A stretch of 63,134 bases of DNA, counting the filler, from Actinomycetota bacterium (GTDB lineage: Bacteria > Actinomycetota > Actinomycetes > JAKEEW01): the NCBI GenBank assembly GCA_046725875.1. It is 5 parts of 5 records of this genome, joined end to end, with 100 filler letters (N's around TTAATTAATTAA, not from the genome) between each part and the next. Parts side by side here need not be neighbours in the genome. Positions count along the whole stretch, not along the records: positions 27,073 to 34,012 come from JBKOZJ010000107.1; positions 34,113 to 51,393 come from JBKOZJ010000108.1; 3 more parts are not named here. The stretch is one strand, 5' to 3'. The position numbers were made by a program, and so were the translations under genes. The notes beneath the pieces were generated by a model, which searched no databases, was not told where the DNA came from, and saw nothing but the letters and a program-made list of their open reading frames with translations. Position 1 is the stretch's first letter. Each line of letters begins with the position of its first letter. This document shows positions 27,122 through 38,461 of the stretch, in pieces.

Positions 27122-28666
27122 ATGGAGGCTTTTTGGCTCTACCGTTGGTCCTCCTTCTTCATCGTCGTGATGTTCGGCGTTGCCACGGCGGCCCTAACTG
27201 CCTTTGTGTTCAATACATCCTCAGCAACTGCGCGGTTCGCGGTGACCGATCCGAGAGGCAGCGTTTACCTAGACCAGAACGTGTCGACGGACACCAGCTT
27301 CATCAGTTACACCGCACAGCGGGCCGCGTTTGCGCAGTCGGCGGCGGTTCTCCGCAGGGCTGCCGACATCATCGAGGGCGACGGCGGCCGCTCCTATTCA
27401 TTGGCCCACCTTCGAAGCGTAGTCAAGACGAAGTCGAATCCTGATGGCGCGATCGTCTCCGTGACCGCATCGGCGGAGAGCATGCGGGACGCCGCAACGA
27501 TCGCAAACGCGGTGGTCACCGCATACCAGAGCCTAACGGCAAGGCAGATCAGGACGCAGCGGAATGATATACAAACCGCCATCGACCGGAAGCGGGAGGA
27601 GATACAGGAAGAGCTGGACCAAGTCTCGTTGGATGGTGCCAGGTACAGGTCACTCAGTGCGGGCCTGGATGATCTGGAGACCAAAGAAAACGACCTAAGA
27701 ATTTCGCCCGCCGACGACGGGATCACCTTCATCGACGAGGCCGATCCGAACCAGCCTGAGTCGACTGGCCTGGTGCGAAACACGGTGGTCGGCCTCGCGG
27801 TCGGCGGGCTCTTCGCCGCCGTTGTGGCATTCCTTCGCGCCACCAGTCGGACTTCATCGGCCCGCCGCCGGCCGAAGGAAATACCTGTCGAACGTATACC
27901 GCCCCTACCTGTGCCGGCACCGGTTTCCGGCCCGGCGCCAGCTCCTGCCAGGCCGGCGCGGCTTGGCCTTTTCGCCAGGCGCCGCGCCGAGCGTGAAGCC
28001 GCGTCCACAATCGATCTAGAGGCCATTCTGGACCGAGGTGTCGGCCGGGTGGACGAGCACGATGCCGCCGAGTATCAGGCACCCGACCGGAGGCTCAGGT
28101 CGTCGCTGCATCCCAGCACGGACGAAACGTCTGAGATGCGTTCTCAGCCCTCCGACCCGAGGTCGCGGTACGGCAGCTCAGCGCCAGCCCCGAACGCGGA
28201 CAACGAGTTGCCGCATGATGCGACGCCTGGTCCGCGTCCTCCGTCCCAAGGTCAGCCTGACATCCCGACCGCTGAGGTGTCGTCCGTCGGTGGGCGGCCC
28301 ACCCAGCCGAATGGCAGCGGGAGCCACCAGGCATCGTCGCCTAACGACGAAGGCGAGCCGCCGACGCTCGTACTGCCGGCTCCGGCGGGCTCGCTGCGTG
28401 CCCCCGCGAATCCGAAGAGCCCTGAGCGGGGCCAGGCCGGGCGTGAAGATCGGGGGCAGCCCGACCCCAACGGTGACCATGCAGCCGCGCCGACGGTCGG
28501 GGATCCAGTGTCCGACCCTCCGGTGGCCAGCAGTCATCATGATTCCGCACAGGACTCGGTGCAGGAGATTTTGACCCGGGTCTTCGGTCCCCCGCAGGCG
28601 GACGCGAGCGAAGCTGAAGCGCCTACGGAAACTGCGAAGCGCGAACCTCCCCCCAAAGATCGCTGA
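27122..28666 (+). CDS. Wzz/chain-length-determinant-like membrane protein with long Pro-rich tail (frame open to contig edge)
   Basis: TM - extracytoplasmic coiled-coil region (AATIANAVVTAY) - TM (RNTVVGLAVGGL), then about 270 aa of low-complexity sequence. Confidence 0.6.
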   Translation: MEAFWLYRWSSFFIVVMFGVATAALTAFVFNTSSATARFAVTDPRGSVYLDQNVSTDTSFISYTAQRAAFAQSAAVLRRAADIIEGDGGRSYSLAHLRSVVKTKSNPDGAIVSVTASAESMRDAATIANAVVTAYQSLTARQIRTQRNDIQTAIDRKREEIQEELDQVSLDGARYRSLSAGLDDLETKENDLRISPADDGITFIDEADPNQPESTGLVRNTVVGLAVGGLFAAVVAFLRATSRTSSARRRPKEIPVERIPPLPVPAPVSGPAPAPARPARLGLFARRRAEREAASTIDLEAILDRGVGRVDEHDAAEYQAPDRRLRSSLHPSTDETSEMRSQPSDPRSRYGSSAPAPNADNELPHDATPGPRPPSQGQPDIPTAEVSSVGGRPTQPNGSGSHQASSPNDEGEPPTLVLPAPAGSLRAPANPKSPERGQAGREDRGQPDPNGDHAAAPTVGDPVSDPPVASSHHDSAQDSVQEILTRVFGPPQADASEAEAPTETAKREPPPKDR

Positions 28667-29064
28667 GGGGTCGTCACGCCGCGCTTGGGATGCCGCCGGT
28701 CGCGTCTAGTCCGCCCCGGCGGCACCGTCCCCGTCCAGCTCGTCATCGCCGGCGGAAGCCTGATTCGCGCACTGCAGCACGAGTTCGATGTGGCGTGGCC
28801 GGACCGCGTCAGGCCGTGGAAGGGCTCCGATCAGTCGTAGCTACGATCGGGCGATGACCGGGGCGCGTCGATGTCGGGAAGGTGGTGGTCTCATCGGCCT
28901 CCCTACGGTCCGACCAGGCTCTTCGATGTCTGCTGGCGGGACTCCGCCAGATGGACGCGGAGGCGATATTAAGAGTCGTTGACATTGCTATCCAGGCTGC
29001 CCCGCAGCCGTTAGGCTGCACTGGACTGGGCCTGATGGGGGGCTTTCGGGTGGGGAGAAGTCCA

Positions 29065-32000
29065 GTGGTGAGCTGTTTATCGCACCGCAACCGTAGTTGG
29101 TTGATTCTCGTCGCAGCGCTGGCGCTGCTGGCCGCGGCGCTCACCGCGGTGTCGGCCGTCGGTCCAGCCCGCGCCGATACCGCTCCTCCGTCAGGGACGC
29201 CGGCGACGGTGAGCGCCGACGCCTTGCCCACCTGGCAGATCAATGGCGTCGTATGGAGCCAGGTGCTGGTTGGGAACGTGGTCTATGCCACCGGCAGCTT
29301 CACCCGGGCCAGGCCGCCGGGGACATCACCGGGAAGCGCGCAAGAGGTCGTGCGGAACAACATCCTTGCTTACAACATCACCACCGGCAGCCTCCTCACA
29401 ACGTTCAACCATTCGCTCAACGCCCAGGGCCTAGTGATCATGGCTTCGCCAGATGGCTCGCGGGTCTACGTCGGGGGTGACTTCACCACCGCCGACGGAG
29501 CAACTCACAATCACCTGGCCGCCTTTGATACCGCGACGGGCGCTCTTGTGACCTCCTTCAACCCGTCCGTCTCGGGTCAGGTTCGGGGTATCGCGGCGAC
29601 GAATTCGACCGTCTATGTCGGCGGTAACTTCTTCAGCGTCAACGGCTCTACCAGGACCAGGCTCGCGGCTGTCACCGCGAGCACCGGTGGCAACATCGCA
29701 TGGACCCCAACCGCCAACGACCTTGTCTGGACCATGGTCTTGGCACCGGATGGCAGTCGGGTAATCGCGGGCGGCCGGTTCACCACACTGAACGGCGGCT
29801 CCGCCTACGGCATGGGCTCGCTCAACGCGACCACCGGAGCGACGCTGCCGTGGGCAGCGAATGCGACGATTCAGGACGCCGGTGCGAATGGCGCTATCAC
29901 CGGGCTGCGTACCGATGGAACCCAAATCTACGGCGTTGGTTATGCCTTCGGACCTGGCGCTAGCTTCGAGGGGGTCTTCGCGGCGAACCCGACAACGGGT
30001 GAGATCAACTGGCTGACCGACTGTCACGGCGACACCTATGACGCATACCCTATCGGCCAGGTCGTCTACAACGTCTCACACCAGCACGACTGCTCACCGA
30101 TCGGCGCATTTCCCGACACCGAGCCCCGCGTCTGGCACCACGCGCTTGCGACCACTGCGTACCCGACCGGCACCAACACCGGTCCAGACACCTACGGATG
30201 GAACTACAACGGCGTCCCCGCGCCGTCCCTGCTTGACTGGTATCCCACCTTCGGGATCGGTTCATACACGGGGCAGTACCAAGCCGGCTGGGCCCTCGCG
30301 GGAAACAACAACTATGTGGCGATCGGCGGCGAGTTCCCCACCGTCAACGGGACTGCCCAGCAGGGCCTGGTGCGGTTCGCCGTCAGTCAGCTAGCGCCTA
30401 ACCGCATGGGTCCGCGCCCCTCCTCCTCGCTCACGCCGAGTGCGATCTCGCTCGCGCCCGGCTCGGCCCGGGTCGCCTGGACCCAAACCTGGGACTATGA
30501 CAACGCCAAGCTCCATTACGACGTGCTGCGTGACGGCGGGAACACTCCGGTCGGCGGGTTCGACGCCACCTCACGCTTCTGGACCCTGCAACCAACGGGG
30601 TTCATCGACACTGGCCTGGCGCCAGGATCGACCCATACCTATCGAGTAAGGGTGACCGACCCGTTCGGGAACGTTCTCACCAGCGCAACATCGGCGCCGG
30701 TGACCATCTCCAACGCGACGCTGAGCACCTATGCCACCGACGTCCTCGATGACGACGCGACTTACTACTGGCGCCTTGGCGAAGGCAGCGGCACCACGGC
30801 TTATGACTCCGCCGGCTTCAATGACGCAACCGTGAGCGGCGGGGTGACCCGCGGGACCGCCGGCGCCGTTATCGGCGACGCTAACACCGCATCTACCTTC
30901 GACGGTTCGAGCGGCCTGGCCGCGACCCGGTCCATCACGCCGCCACCGCCCAGCTTCAGCATCGAGGCCTGGGTGAAGACCGCGAGTACTACAGGCGGCA
31001 AGATCGTGGGCTACGGCAACACCAACTCGGGCCTGAGCTCGCAGTACGACCGGCACATCTATATGGATAACGACGGCCATATCTGGTTCGGCGCTTACCC
31101 GGGCGGGGTGCGGACCGTAGGCAGTGCCGCGACGTACAACGACAACCAGTGGCACCACATCGTCGCTACCCTCAGCCCGTCGGGCGGCATCTCGCTGTAC
31201 GTCGACGCACTCCGGGTCGGCCAGGACACTGGTACGACGAGCGGCGAAAACTATGTCGGCTACTGGCGGATCGGCGGCGACAACCTGAATGGTTGGCCGT
31301 CGCAGCCGGCCAGCAATTATCTGTCGGGAGCGATCGATGACGTCGCCGTCTACTCGTCGGCGCTATCCGCCGCGACCATTTCCGACCACTACGTCGACTC
31401 CGGCCGGACCAGCCCGATCCCACCTGCGCCGGCCGACTCCTACGGAGCCGCCGTCTATGGCGACGACCCAAGCTTCTACTGGCGGCTCGGCGAGGCAGGC
31501 GGCACCACCGCTGCCGACGCTTCGGCGGCCCTGAGCCCGGGCACTTACACCGACTCGGGTGTCACCTACTCGCAGCCCCCCGCGATCACCGGTACCTCGA
31601 ACACATCGGTCAGCCTGAACGGCTCCGCCGGAGGCGTCTACTCCCAGGCGACCTTTGACAACCCCACGGTCTATTCGGAAGAGCTGTGGTTCAAGACCAC
31701 CACGACGAGTGGCGGCAAGCTCATCGGATTCGGCAATACCGGCACGGGGCTGAGCTCCAGCTACGACCGGCATGTCTACATGACCAATAGCGGCCAGATC
31801 GTCTTCGGCGTCTGGACCGGCTTCCCCAACACGATCACGTCGCCCAACAGCTACAACGACGGAGCTTGGCACCACATGGTGGCCGCCCAGGGCGGCACCG
31901 GGATGCACCTCTACATCGACGGTGCGTCCGTTGGCAGCGACCCGCAGACCTCCGCTCAGGGCTACAGCGGCTATTGGCGAGCGGGCGGAGACAACCTCGG

Positions 32001-34012
32001 CGGTTGGCCCGACGGTCCGAGCAGCAACTACTTCGCCGGCTCGATTGACGAGGTATCGGTCTATCCAACGGAGCTAAGCGCGGCCAGCGTCGCCTCGCAT
32101 TATGCCGCCGGTAGCGGGGCGCCACCGCCGAACCAGGAACCGACGGCTTCATTCTCCTCCTCGTGCACCTTCTTGACCTGCGCGTTCGACGCGTCGGCGT
32201 CGTCGGACCCGGATGGTTCGATCGCGAGTTATGCCTGGGACTTCGGCGACGGAACGGCAGGCACCGGCAAGACGCCGTCGCACAGCTACCCGACCGCGGG
32301 CGACTACACGGTGCACCTAACCGTCACCGACAACGACGGTGCGACCGATTCGGTGACCCACACAGTTTCACCGGCGAGCCCGCCGGCGAACCAGCCGCCG
32401 GCCGCCGAGTTCTCGTCGTCGTGCACCGCGTTGAGCTGCACATTCGATGCGTCCGCGTCCTCGGACGCCGATGGCTCGATCGTGAGCTATTCCTGGAACT
32501 TCGGGGACCAGACGATGGGGATCGGCAAGACCCCGGCGCACAATTACGCGGCCGCCGGTGACTACTCGGTTCAGCTGACTGTCACCGATGACGACGGAGC
32601 CACCGGCAGCGTCACCCACATCGTGTCGCCGACCGCCGCACCTACCGCGCTGGCGACGGATACGTTCAGCCGGATTGTCAGCAACGGACTCGGCACCGCC
32701 GACCTCGGCGGAGCCTGGACCGTAAGCGGAGGGTCGACCAACTTCTCGGTCAACGGCAGCGTGGGCAGGATCGTCCTGCCAGCTGCGGGCGCCGGACCAC
32801 AGGCCTACCTCAACGCCGTGTCGAGCGCCGACTCGGACACGACCCTCACCGTGTCATCGGACAAGCTCGGAACGGGCAACGGGATCTACTTCGCCGTGGT
32901 TGGCCGCACCATCAGCGGTGCCGGCAGCTATCGCGCCAAGGTACGGCTCCTCTCAAACGGCGGAGTCGGCCTGTCGCTCTCCCGGACCAACTCCACCGGA
33001 ACCGAGACAGCCATCCTCGGTGAGACGACCGTGCCAGGACTCACGTATGCGCCGGGAACGATGCTTCGCGTGCGATTCCAAGCGGTGGGTACAGCGCCGA
33101 CGACGCTGCAGGCCAAGGTCTGGGCCGATGGCGCGGCTGAGCCGACAAGCTGGCAGAGGGCTGCGACCGACACAACCAGTGCGCTGCAGGTGGCCGGCGG
33201 CATCGGTCTGTGGACCTATCTGTCCAGCTCGGCCACCAACGCCCCCGTAACACTCACGATCGATAACCTGAGCTCGACCCGCACCGGCGCTGGCGGACCG
33301 GCGCCTGGCGCATTGTGCGGCTTTGCCCCCGCTGGCACGACAAGCAAGGTCATGGTGATCTGGGAGGAGAACCGCGACGAGACAAGTGTGGTCGGCAATG
33401 CGGCCGCGCCTTACCTCACCAACACGATCAAGCCGCAGTGCGGGCTCGCCACGAACTACAGCCATCTCGGCCATCCCAGCCTGCCGAACTACATGAGCGC
33501 GACTTCGGGGACGTCGTACAACTTCACGCCCTGGACGAACGACTGCAGTCCTGGCGGTGCCTGCCTCAGCAGCGCGGACAACATCTTCCGCCAGCAAGAG
33601 GTCGCGGGGAAGTCATGGCGCGGCTATGCCGAGGCGATGACGTCTAACTGTCAGCAGACGAATTCGGGGACGTACGCCGTTCGCCATAATCCGGCCGCTT
33701 ACTACACGAACCTCGCCAACTGCGGGACGTGGGATGTGCCGCTGGGGACAACGGCGAGCGGGGCGCTGATTAGCGATGTGAACAATGGGACACTGCCGAC
33801 CTACTCGACCGTGATCCCCGACCTGTGCAACGACGGGCACGACTGCTCAACATCGACCATGGACGCCTGGCTAGCGGCCTGGATCCCGAAGATCACCGCG
33901 GGCCCAGACTATCAACAGGGCCGGCTAGCGATCGTGATCGCCTGGGACGAGAGCGAGGGTGCGAATCCGCTCATCCCCGCCTTCGTGCTGAGCGCGCACA
34001 CGGCAGTGGGGA
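29065..34012 (+). CDS. Large secreted multidomain protein: beta-propeller-like, FN3, 2x LamG, 2x PKD, C-terminal phosphoesterase (3' truncated)
   Basis: Signal peptide ending ARA-D; YWRLGE/WHH LamG repeats; SSDPDG..Y.W.FGD PKD repeats; VIWEENR, HPSLPNY, RHNP, NDGHD, WDE phosphoesterase motifs. Confidence 0.8.
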
Positions 34013-34112
34013 NNNNNNNNNNNNNNNNNNNNNNNNNNNNNNNNNNNNNNNNNNNNTTAATTAATTAANNNNNNNNNNNNNNNNNNNNNNNNNNNNNNNN
34101 NNNNNNNNNNNN
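34013..34112. other. Artificial contig linker
   Basis: N-run + TTAATTAATTAA + N-run. Confidence 0.98.
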
Positions 34113-34249
34113 CGCCACAGCCAACCGAGCGCACCGAACGACACGACCAGGGCGGTGACGGCGCCTACGAGGACCAGCGTGAAGGAGATCGGCAGGTCCT
34201 GCCGACCTCCGATGCCGTGCGCAAGAACGGTTGTCGAGTGGGTGGTCAC
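34113..34249 (-). CDS. Membrane protein, 5' fragment
   Basis: LAHGIGGRQDLP plus a TM helix. GTGA overlap with the upstream gene. Confidence 0.65.
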
Positions 34250-34680
34250 CGGACGACAAGGGTGAACAGGAGCGGCGCGGACAACTCGTGCGCCTCGACC
34301 TCGAACTGACCAGGGATGTCGGCGGTGAAGTCGATTTGCGCGGTTTCGCCGGCCCTTACTTCGGTCTCGATGTCGTATCCATGAACGTGCACCCCGTCGG
34401 CCTGGTCGCTGGAGACCGTGATGTGGACCTCGTCACCGGTACTTACCTCGACCTTGCGGCTCGGATCTGGGGTGACCCGGCCTCCGGCGATCGTGACGTC
34501 GATGGTCGTCCCGCTCTGGTTGGTGGGGGAGTCGGCCGGGTTCGACGACGCGGGGGACGTTGCGGTGGTGGTCGTCGTGGCCGGCCGGGTGGACCCGGTG
34601 TCATCGTCGGATCCGCAGCCGGTCAGGAGAACGGCGGTGAGTACGACTCCCGCGAGGGCCGGCCAACGGAACAAAGGCAT
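34246..34680 (-). CDS. Cupredoxin-like lipoprotein
   Basis: LTGC lipobox, Thr/Ser linker, VHVHGYD, PGQFEVEAH. Confidence 0.7.
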   Translation of the reverse strand: MPLFRWPALAGVVLTAVLLTGCGSDDDTGSTRPATTTTTATSPASSNPADSPTNQSGTTIDVTIAGGRVTPDPSRKVEVSTGDEVHITVSSDQADGVHVHGYDIETEVRAGETAQIDFTADIPGQFEVEAHELSAPLLFTLVVR

Positions 34681-34825
34681 GAGGTGACTCCTCGGTCGGC
34701 AGGTCACCGGCGGAGTCGGTGACCACACATCAACATCGTTCATGGGACCATAAGGGTTCCCGCGCCGGCCGTCTCGGGCAGGCCGAGACCGCAACCGCTT
34801 CTGCGAGGAGGGTGGGGAGACCGCC

Positions 34826-36214
34826 GTGGCCGACCGGCTGACCACCCAGGACGCCTCGTTCCTCTACGTCGAGCGCTCGGCCGCGCCGATGCACGTAGGC
34901 ACCGTCGCGATCTTCGACACCCCCGCCGGAGGACCAGATTGCGATCGCCTCGCTGCGCTGGTCGCCGACCGGCTGGCCTTGGTACCCAGGTTCCGGCAGC
35001 GAGTCCGTCCGGTTCCGGCGAACCTCGCGAACCCGGTGTGGGTGGACGACTCCCGCTTCGACCTTTCGTACCACCTCCGCCGGGCCGCCCTGCCGCGACC
35101 TGGCAGCCGGGAGCAGCTGCTCGAGCTGGTGGCCCGGATCCAGAGCAGGCCGCTCGACCGGCACCGCCCGCTTTGGGAGATGTACGTGGTGGAAGGGTTG
35201 GCCGGCGGTCAGTTCGCACTGGTCACCAAAACTCACCAGGCACTGGTCGACGGTGTCACCGCGGTGGATCTGCTCCAGGTCATGCTGGACCGAACCGCTC
35301 AACCGAGAGAGCCGAACGGCGCCCCGCCCTGGCGACCGGCACCCGAGCCGACCTGGGCGGAGCTGACGGCCGGCGCGCTCGCCGATCTCGGGCGGAGTCC
35401 TGGAGGCCTCGTTCGTACCGGGATCTCCGACCTCACCAGCGCCCTCGGGCGGCTGGGCCGGGCGGCGAGTGGCGCCGGTGCGCTCGTCGGGACCGCGACC
35501 CGCCTGGCCGCCCAGCCGGCGCCGGCGAGCCCGCTCAACACCGCGACCGGGCCGCATCGGCGCTTCGCCACGGTGATGACGAGCCTCGACGACTACCGGC
35601 GCATCAGAGACCGGCCGGACCGCCGGCCGAGCACCATCAACGACGTCGTCCTCACCGTCGTCACCGGAGCGCTGCGCGCCTGGCTGCTGTCCCGCGGCGA
35701 GGCCGTCGATCGTGGCCGGTTCCTGCGGGCCCTGGTGCCCGTGAGCGTACAGGGCGGTGGCGTGTCCTCGTACTTCGTCGACCTACCGGTCGGCGAGCCA
35801 GACCCGGTGGTGCGGCTGCACCAGGTCGGCTTCCGGATGCGCGCCCACAACGTGAGCGGGCAGCGAATGGGCGCCGACGCGATCGCGGGCTTGTCCGGAT
35901 TCGCGCCACCCACCTTGCACACGCTCGGCACCCGGGTCGTCGGCAGCCTGTCCAGGCGGGCGTACAACCTCGTCCTCACGAACGTGCCTGGACCGCAGGA
36001 GCCACGCTTCGTCGCCGGTGCGCAGTTGCGCGAGTCGTACCCCGTCGTCCCGCTGCCACCGGGGCAGGCGCTCAGCATCGGAGTGACCTCCTACCTTGGC
36101 AACGTCTGCATGGGCTTCAACGCTGACCGGGACGCGCTGCCGGATCTTGATGTTGTGGCGCAATGCGTGACCGACGCGCTCGACGAGCTGACCCAAGCGG
36201 CGGTCGGCCGATGA
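34826..36214 (+). CDS. Wax ester/triacylglycerol synthase-family O-acyltransferase
   Basis: RLTTQDASFL, PMHVG, PLDRHRPLWE, HQALVDG, TNVPGP. Confidence 0.92.
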   Translation: MADRLTTQDASFLYVERSAAPMHVGTVAIFDTPAGGPDCDRLAALVADRLALVPRFRQRVRPVPANLANPVWVDDSRFDLSYHLRRAALPRPGSREQLLELVARIQSRPLDRHRPLWEMYVVEGLAGGQFALVTKTHQALVDGVTAVDLLQVMLDRTAQPREPNGAPPWRPAPEPTWAELTAGALADLGRSPGGLVRTGISDLTSALGRLGRAASGAGALVGTATRLAAQPAPASPLNTATGPHRRFATVMTSLDDYRRIRDRPDRRPSTINDVVLTVVTGALRAWLLSRGEAVDRGRFLRALVPVSVQGGGVSSYFVDLPVGEPDPVVRLHQVGFRMRAHNVSGQRMGADAIAGLSGFAPPTLHTLGTRVVGSLSRRAYNLVLTNVPGPQEPRFVAGAQLRESYPVVPLPPGQALSIGVTSYLGNVCMGFNADRDALPDLDVVAQCVTDALDELTQAAVGR

Positions 36215-36753
36215 GGGTCTACATCCCGGCCACACTCCCGCTCCTGGCCGGCATTGCGGCGGCGGGTGAGGTGGGGGCGGCTTACGTCGCGTACGCGGTT
36301 ACCCCGGCGATCCGCGAGTGGTATACGAACGCCGATCTCGACGAGCTGGAGTACGCGGCGATGAGCGAGGCGGCTCGGTCCTCGCTGCGCAAGCTCGCCG
36401 ATGACCCGTCCAGCCCGCCCCGGCGTGTGGTCATCTCTGCCGACGTGTCCGACACCGCCGTGCAGCCCATGTCGAACCCGGGCGACGCCGGCGAGCGTGG
36501 AGCAGTCCTACTGGTCGAGGCGACACCGGTGCGCCGCTTCGCTTCGGTCCACGTCGACGGTGCCGACGCCCGCGCCGACGTCCGGGCCGCGCTCGGTGCA
36601 CTGGCCGCGACGGTTCGAGAGTCCGGCGCAGCGACCGCGTCGGTGGCGATGGCGACCGACGAGGACACGCAGTTCAAACTCGACAGCGTCGAAGATCATG
36701 AACTGCTGTGGTACGCAGCCCAGGAGATACCAGACCTCCTTCGGCTCAGCTAA
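36211..36753 (+). CDS. Conserved actinobacterial hypothetical protein
   Basis: MRVYIPAT, AVTP.IREWY, RRVV, ELLWYA.QEI. ATGA coupling to the upstream gene. Confidence 0.75.
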   Translation: MRVYIPATLPLLAGIAAAGEVGAAYVAYAVTPAIREWYTNADLDELEYAAMSEAARSSLRKLADDPSSPPRRVVISADVSDTAVQPMSNPGDAGERGAVLLVEATPVRRFASVHVDGADARADVRAALGALAATVRESGAATASVAMATDEDTQFKLDSVEDHELLWYAAQEIPDLLRLS

Positions 36754-36763
36754 TGTCGCAGCC

Positions 36764-38392
36764 ATGGATGCCGTCACCGTAGTGCCCCAGCCGGTTAACG
36801 AGCCGGTGAAGTCGTACGCCCCGGGCAGCCCGGAGCGGGTCGCCCTCGAAGAGCGGATCAAGGAGCTCGCCACCAACCGGGTGGAGCTCACCATGACGAT
36901 CGGCGGTAGCGAGCGGCTTGGCAGTGGCGAGCGAATCGACGTCGTCCAGCCGCACAATCGGTACGCCGTTCTTGGCACGCTCGGGAACGCCACCGAGGAC
37001 GACGGGCGGGCGGCGATCGACGCCGCCCTCGAGGCGGCGCCGGCGTGGCGTTCGCTCTCGTTCGATGACCGGGCGGCGATCTTCTTGAAGGCCGCCGACC
37101 TGCTGGCCGGACCGTGGCGGCCGACCCTGAACGCCGCGACGGTGCTCGGCCAGTCGAAGTCGCCCTTCCAGGCCGAGATCGACGCCGCCTGCGAGCTGAT
37201 CGACTTCTGGCGGTTCAACGTCCACTTCGCCCGACAGATCCTGGCCGAACAGCCGATCTCTACGCCCGGCGGGTGGAACCGGATGGACCACCGGCCGCTC
37301 GAGGGCTTCGTGCTCGCGATCACTCCGTTCAACTTCACGTCGATAGCGGGCAATCTCCCAACCGCGCCGGCGCTGATGGGCAACACGGTGGTCTGGAAGC
37401 CGGCCACGACCCAGCAGTTCTCCGCGCACTTCATCATGCGGTTGCTCGAGGCGGCCGGCCTGCCACCTGGTGTGATCAACTTGGTTACGGGCCATGGCGA
37501 GGCTGTATCCAGGGCCGCGCTCTCTCACCCGGACCTCGCCGGCATTCATTTCACCGGGTCGACCGCGACCTTCCAGCACCTGTGGCGTACCGTCGGCGAG
37601 CACATCGCGACCTATAGGACCTATCCGCGACTGGTCGGCGAGACCGGCGGCAAGGATTTCATCATCGCCCACCCGTCGGCTGACCCTGACGTGTTGCGAG
37701 TGGCAATGATCCGCGGCGCGTTCGAGTATCAGGGGCAGAAATGCTCCGCCGCGTCCCGCGCCTACGTGCCCCGCTCGGTGTGGGAGCGGATCCGAGACGA
37801 CGTGGTCTCGCAGACCGAGTCGCTGTCCATGGGGGACCTAGGCGCCGATCTCTCGCTGTTCATGGGCGCTGTCATCGACGACCGGGCGTACGAGAAGCAC
37901 CGGGCCGCGCTGGAACGGGCTCGGGGGGTAGACCAGGTCTCGGTGGTGGCGGGCGGCAGCTGCGACGACACGGAGGGCTGGTTCGTCCGGCCGAGCATCC
38001 TCGGATCAACGGACCCGACCGACGAGATCTTCACGACCGAGTACTTCGGGCCGATCCTCGGGCTCTATGTGTACGAGGACGGAGACTACGCACGTGTTCT
38101 CGCCCAGATGGAGTCAGTCGCTCCTTATGGGCTGACCGGCTCGATCATCGCCCAGGATCGCCGCGCGATCTCCCAGGCGACCGACCTCCTGCGCTTCGCG
38201 GCCGGCAACTTCTACATCAACGACAAGCCCACGGGTGCGGTGGTGGGCCAGCAGCCGTTCGGTGGCGCTCGGGCATCTGGCACCAATGACAAGGCCGGCT
38301 CGATGGTCAACCTCGTCCGCTGGGTGAGTCCGCGTTCGATCAAGGAGGCGTTCGTCCCGCCGACCGACTACCGCTACCCCCACATGGGCTGA
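36764..38392 (+). CDS. pruA: L-glutamate gamma-semialdehyde (P5C) dehydrogenase
   Basis: NEPV..YAPGS, EIDAACELIDF, FTGS, GETGGK, EYQGQKCSA, NDKPTGA. Confidence 0.95.
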   Translation: MDAVTVVPQPVNEPVKSYAPGSPERVALEERIKELATNRVELTMTIGGSERLGSGERIDVVQPHNRYAVLGTLGNATEDDGRAAIDAALEAAPAWRSLSFDDRAAIFLKAADLLAGPWRPTLNAATVLGQSKSPFQAEIDAACELIDFWRFNVHFARQILAEQPISTPGGWNRMDHRPLEGFVLAITPFNFTSIAGNLPTAPALMGNTVVWKPATTQQFSAHFIMRLLEAAGLPPGVINLVTGHGEAVSRAALSHPDLAGIHFTGSTATFQHLWRTVGEHIATYRTYPRLVGETGGKDFIIAHPSADPDVLRVAMIRGAFEYQGQKCSAASRAYVPRSVWERIRDDVVSQTESLSMGDLGADLSLFMGAVIDDRAYEKHRAALERARGVDQVSVVAGGSCDDTEGWFVRPSILGSTDPTDEIFTTEYFGPILGLYVYEDGDYARVLAQMESVAPYGLTGSIIAQDRRAISQATDLLRFAAGNFYINDKPTGAVVGQQPFGGARASGTNDKAGSMVNLVRWVSPRSIKEAFVPPTDYRYPHMG

Positions 38393-38461
38393 CGCCCCAT
38401 CATCGGAGAGCTGGCGCTCCACGCCCCCTTACCGCCGCTTTACGCCCGGTAGTCTGAGGTC

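Noticed and set aside
30740..32630. DNA-level repeats inside the large exoprotein
   Set aside because: Explained by duplicated LamG and PKD domains.
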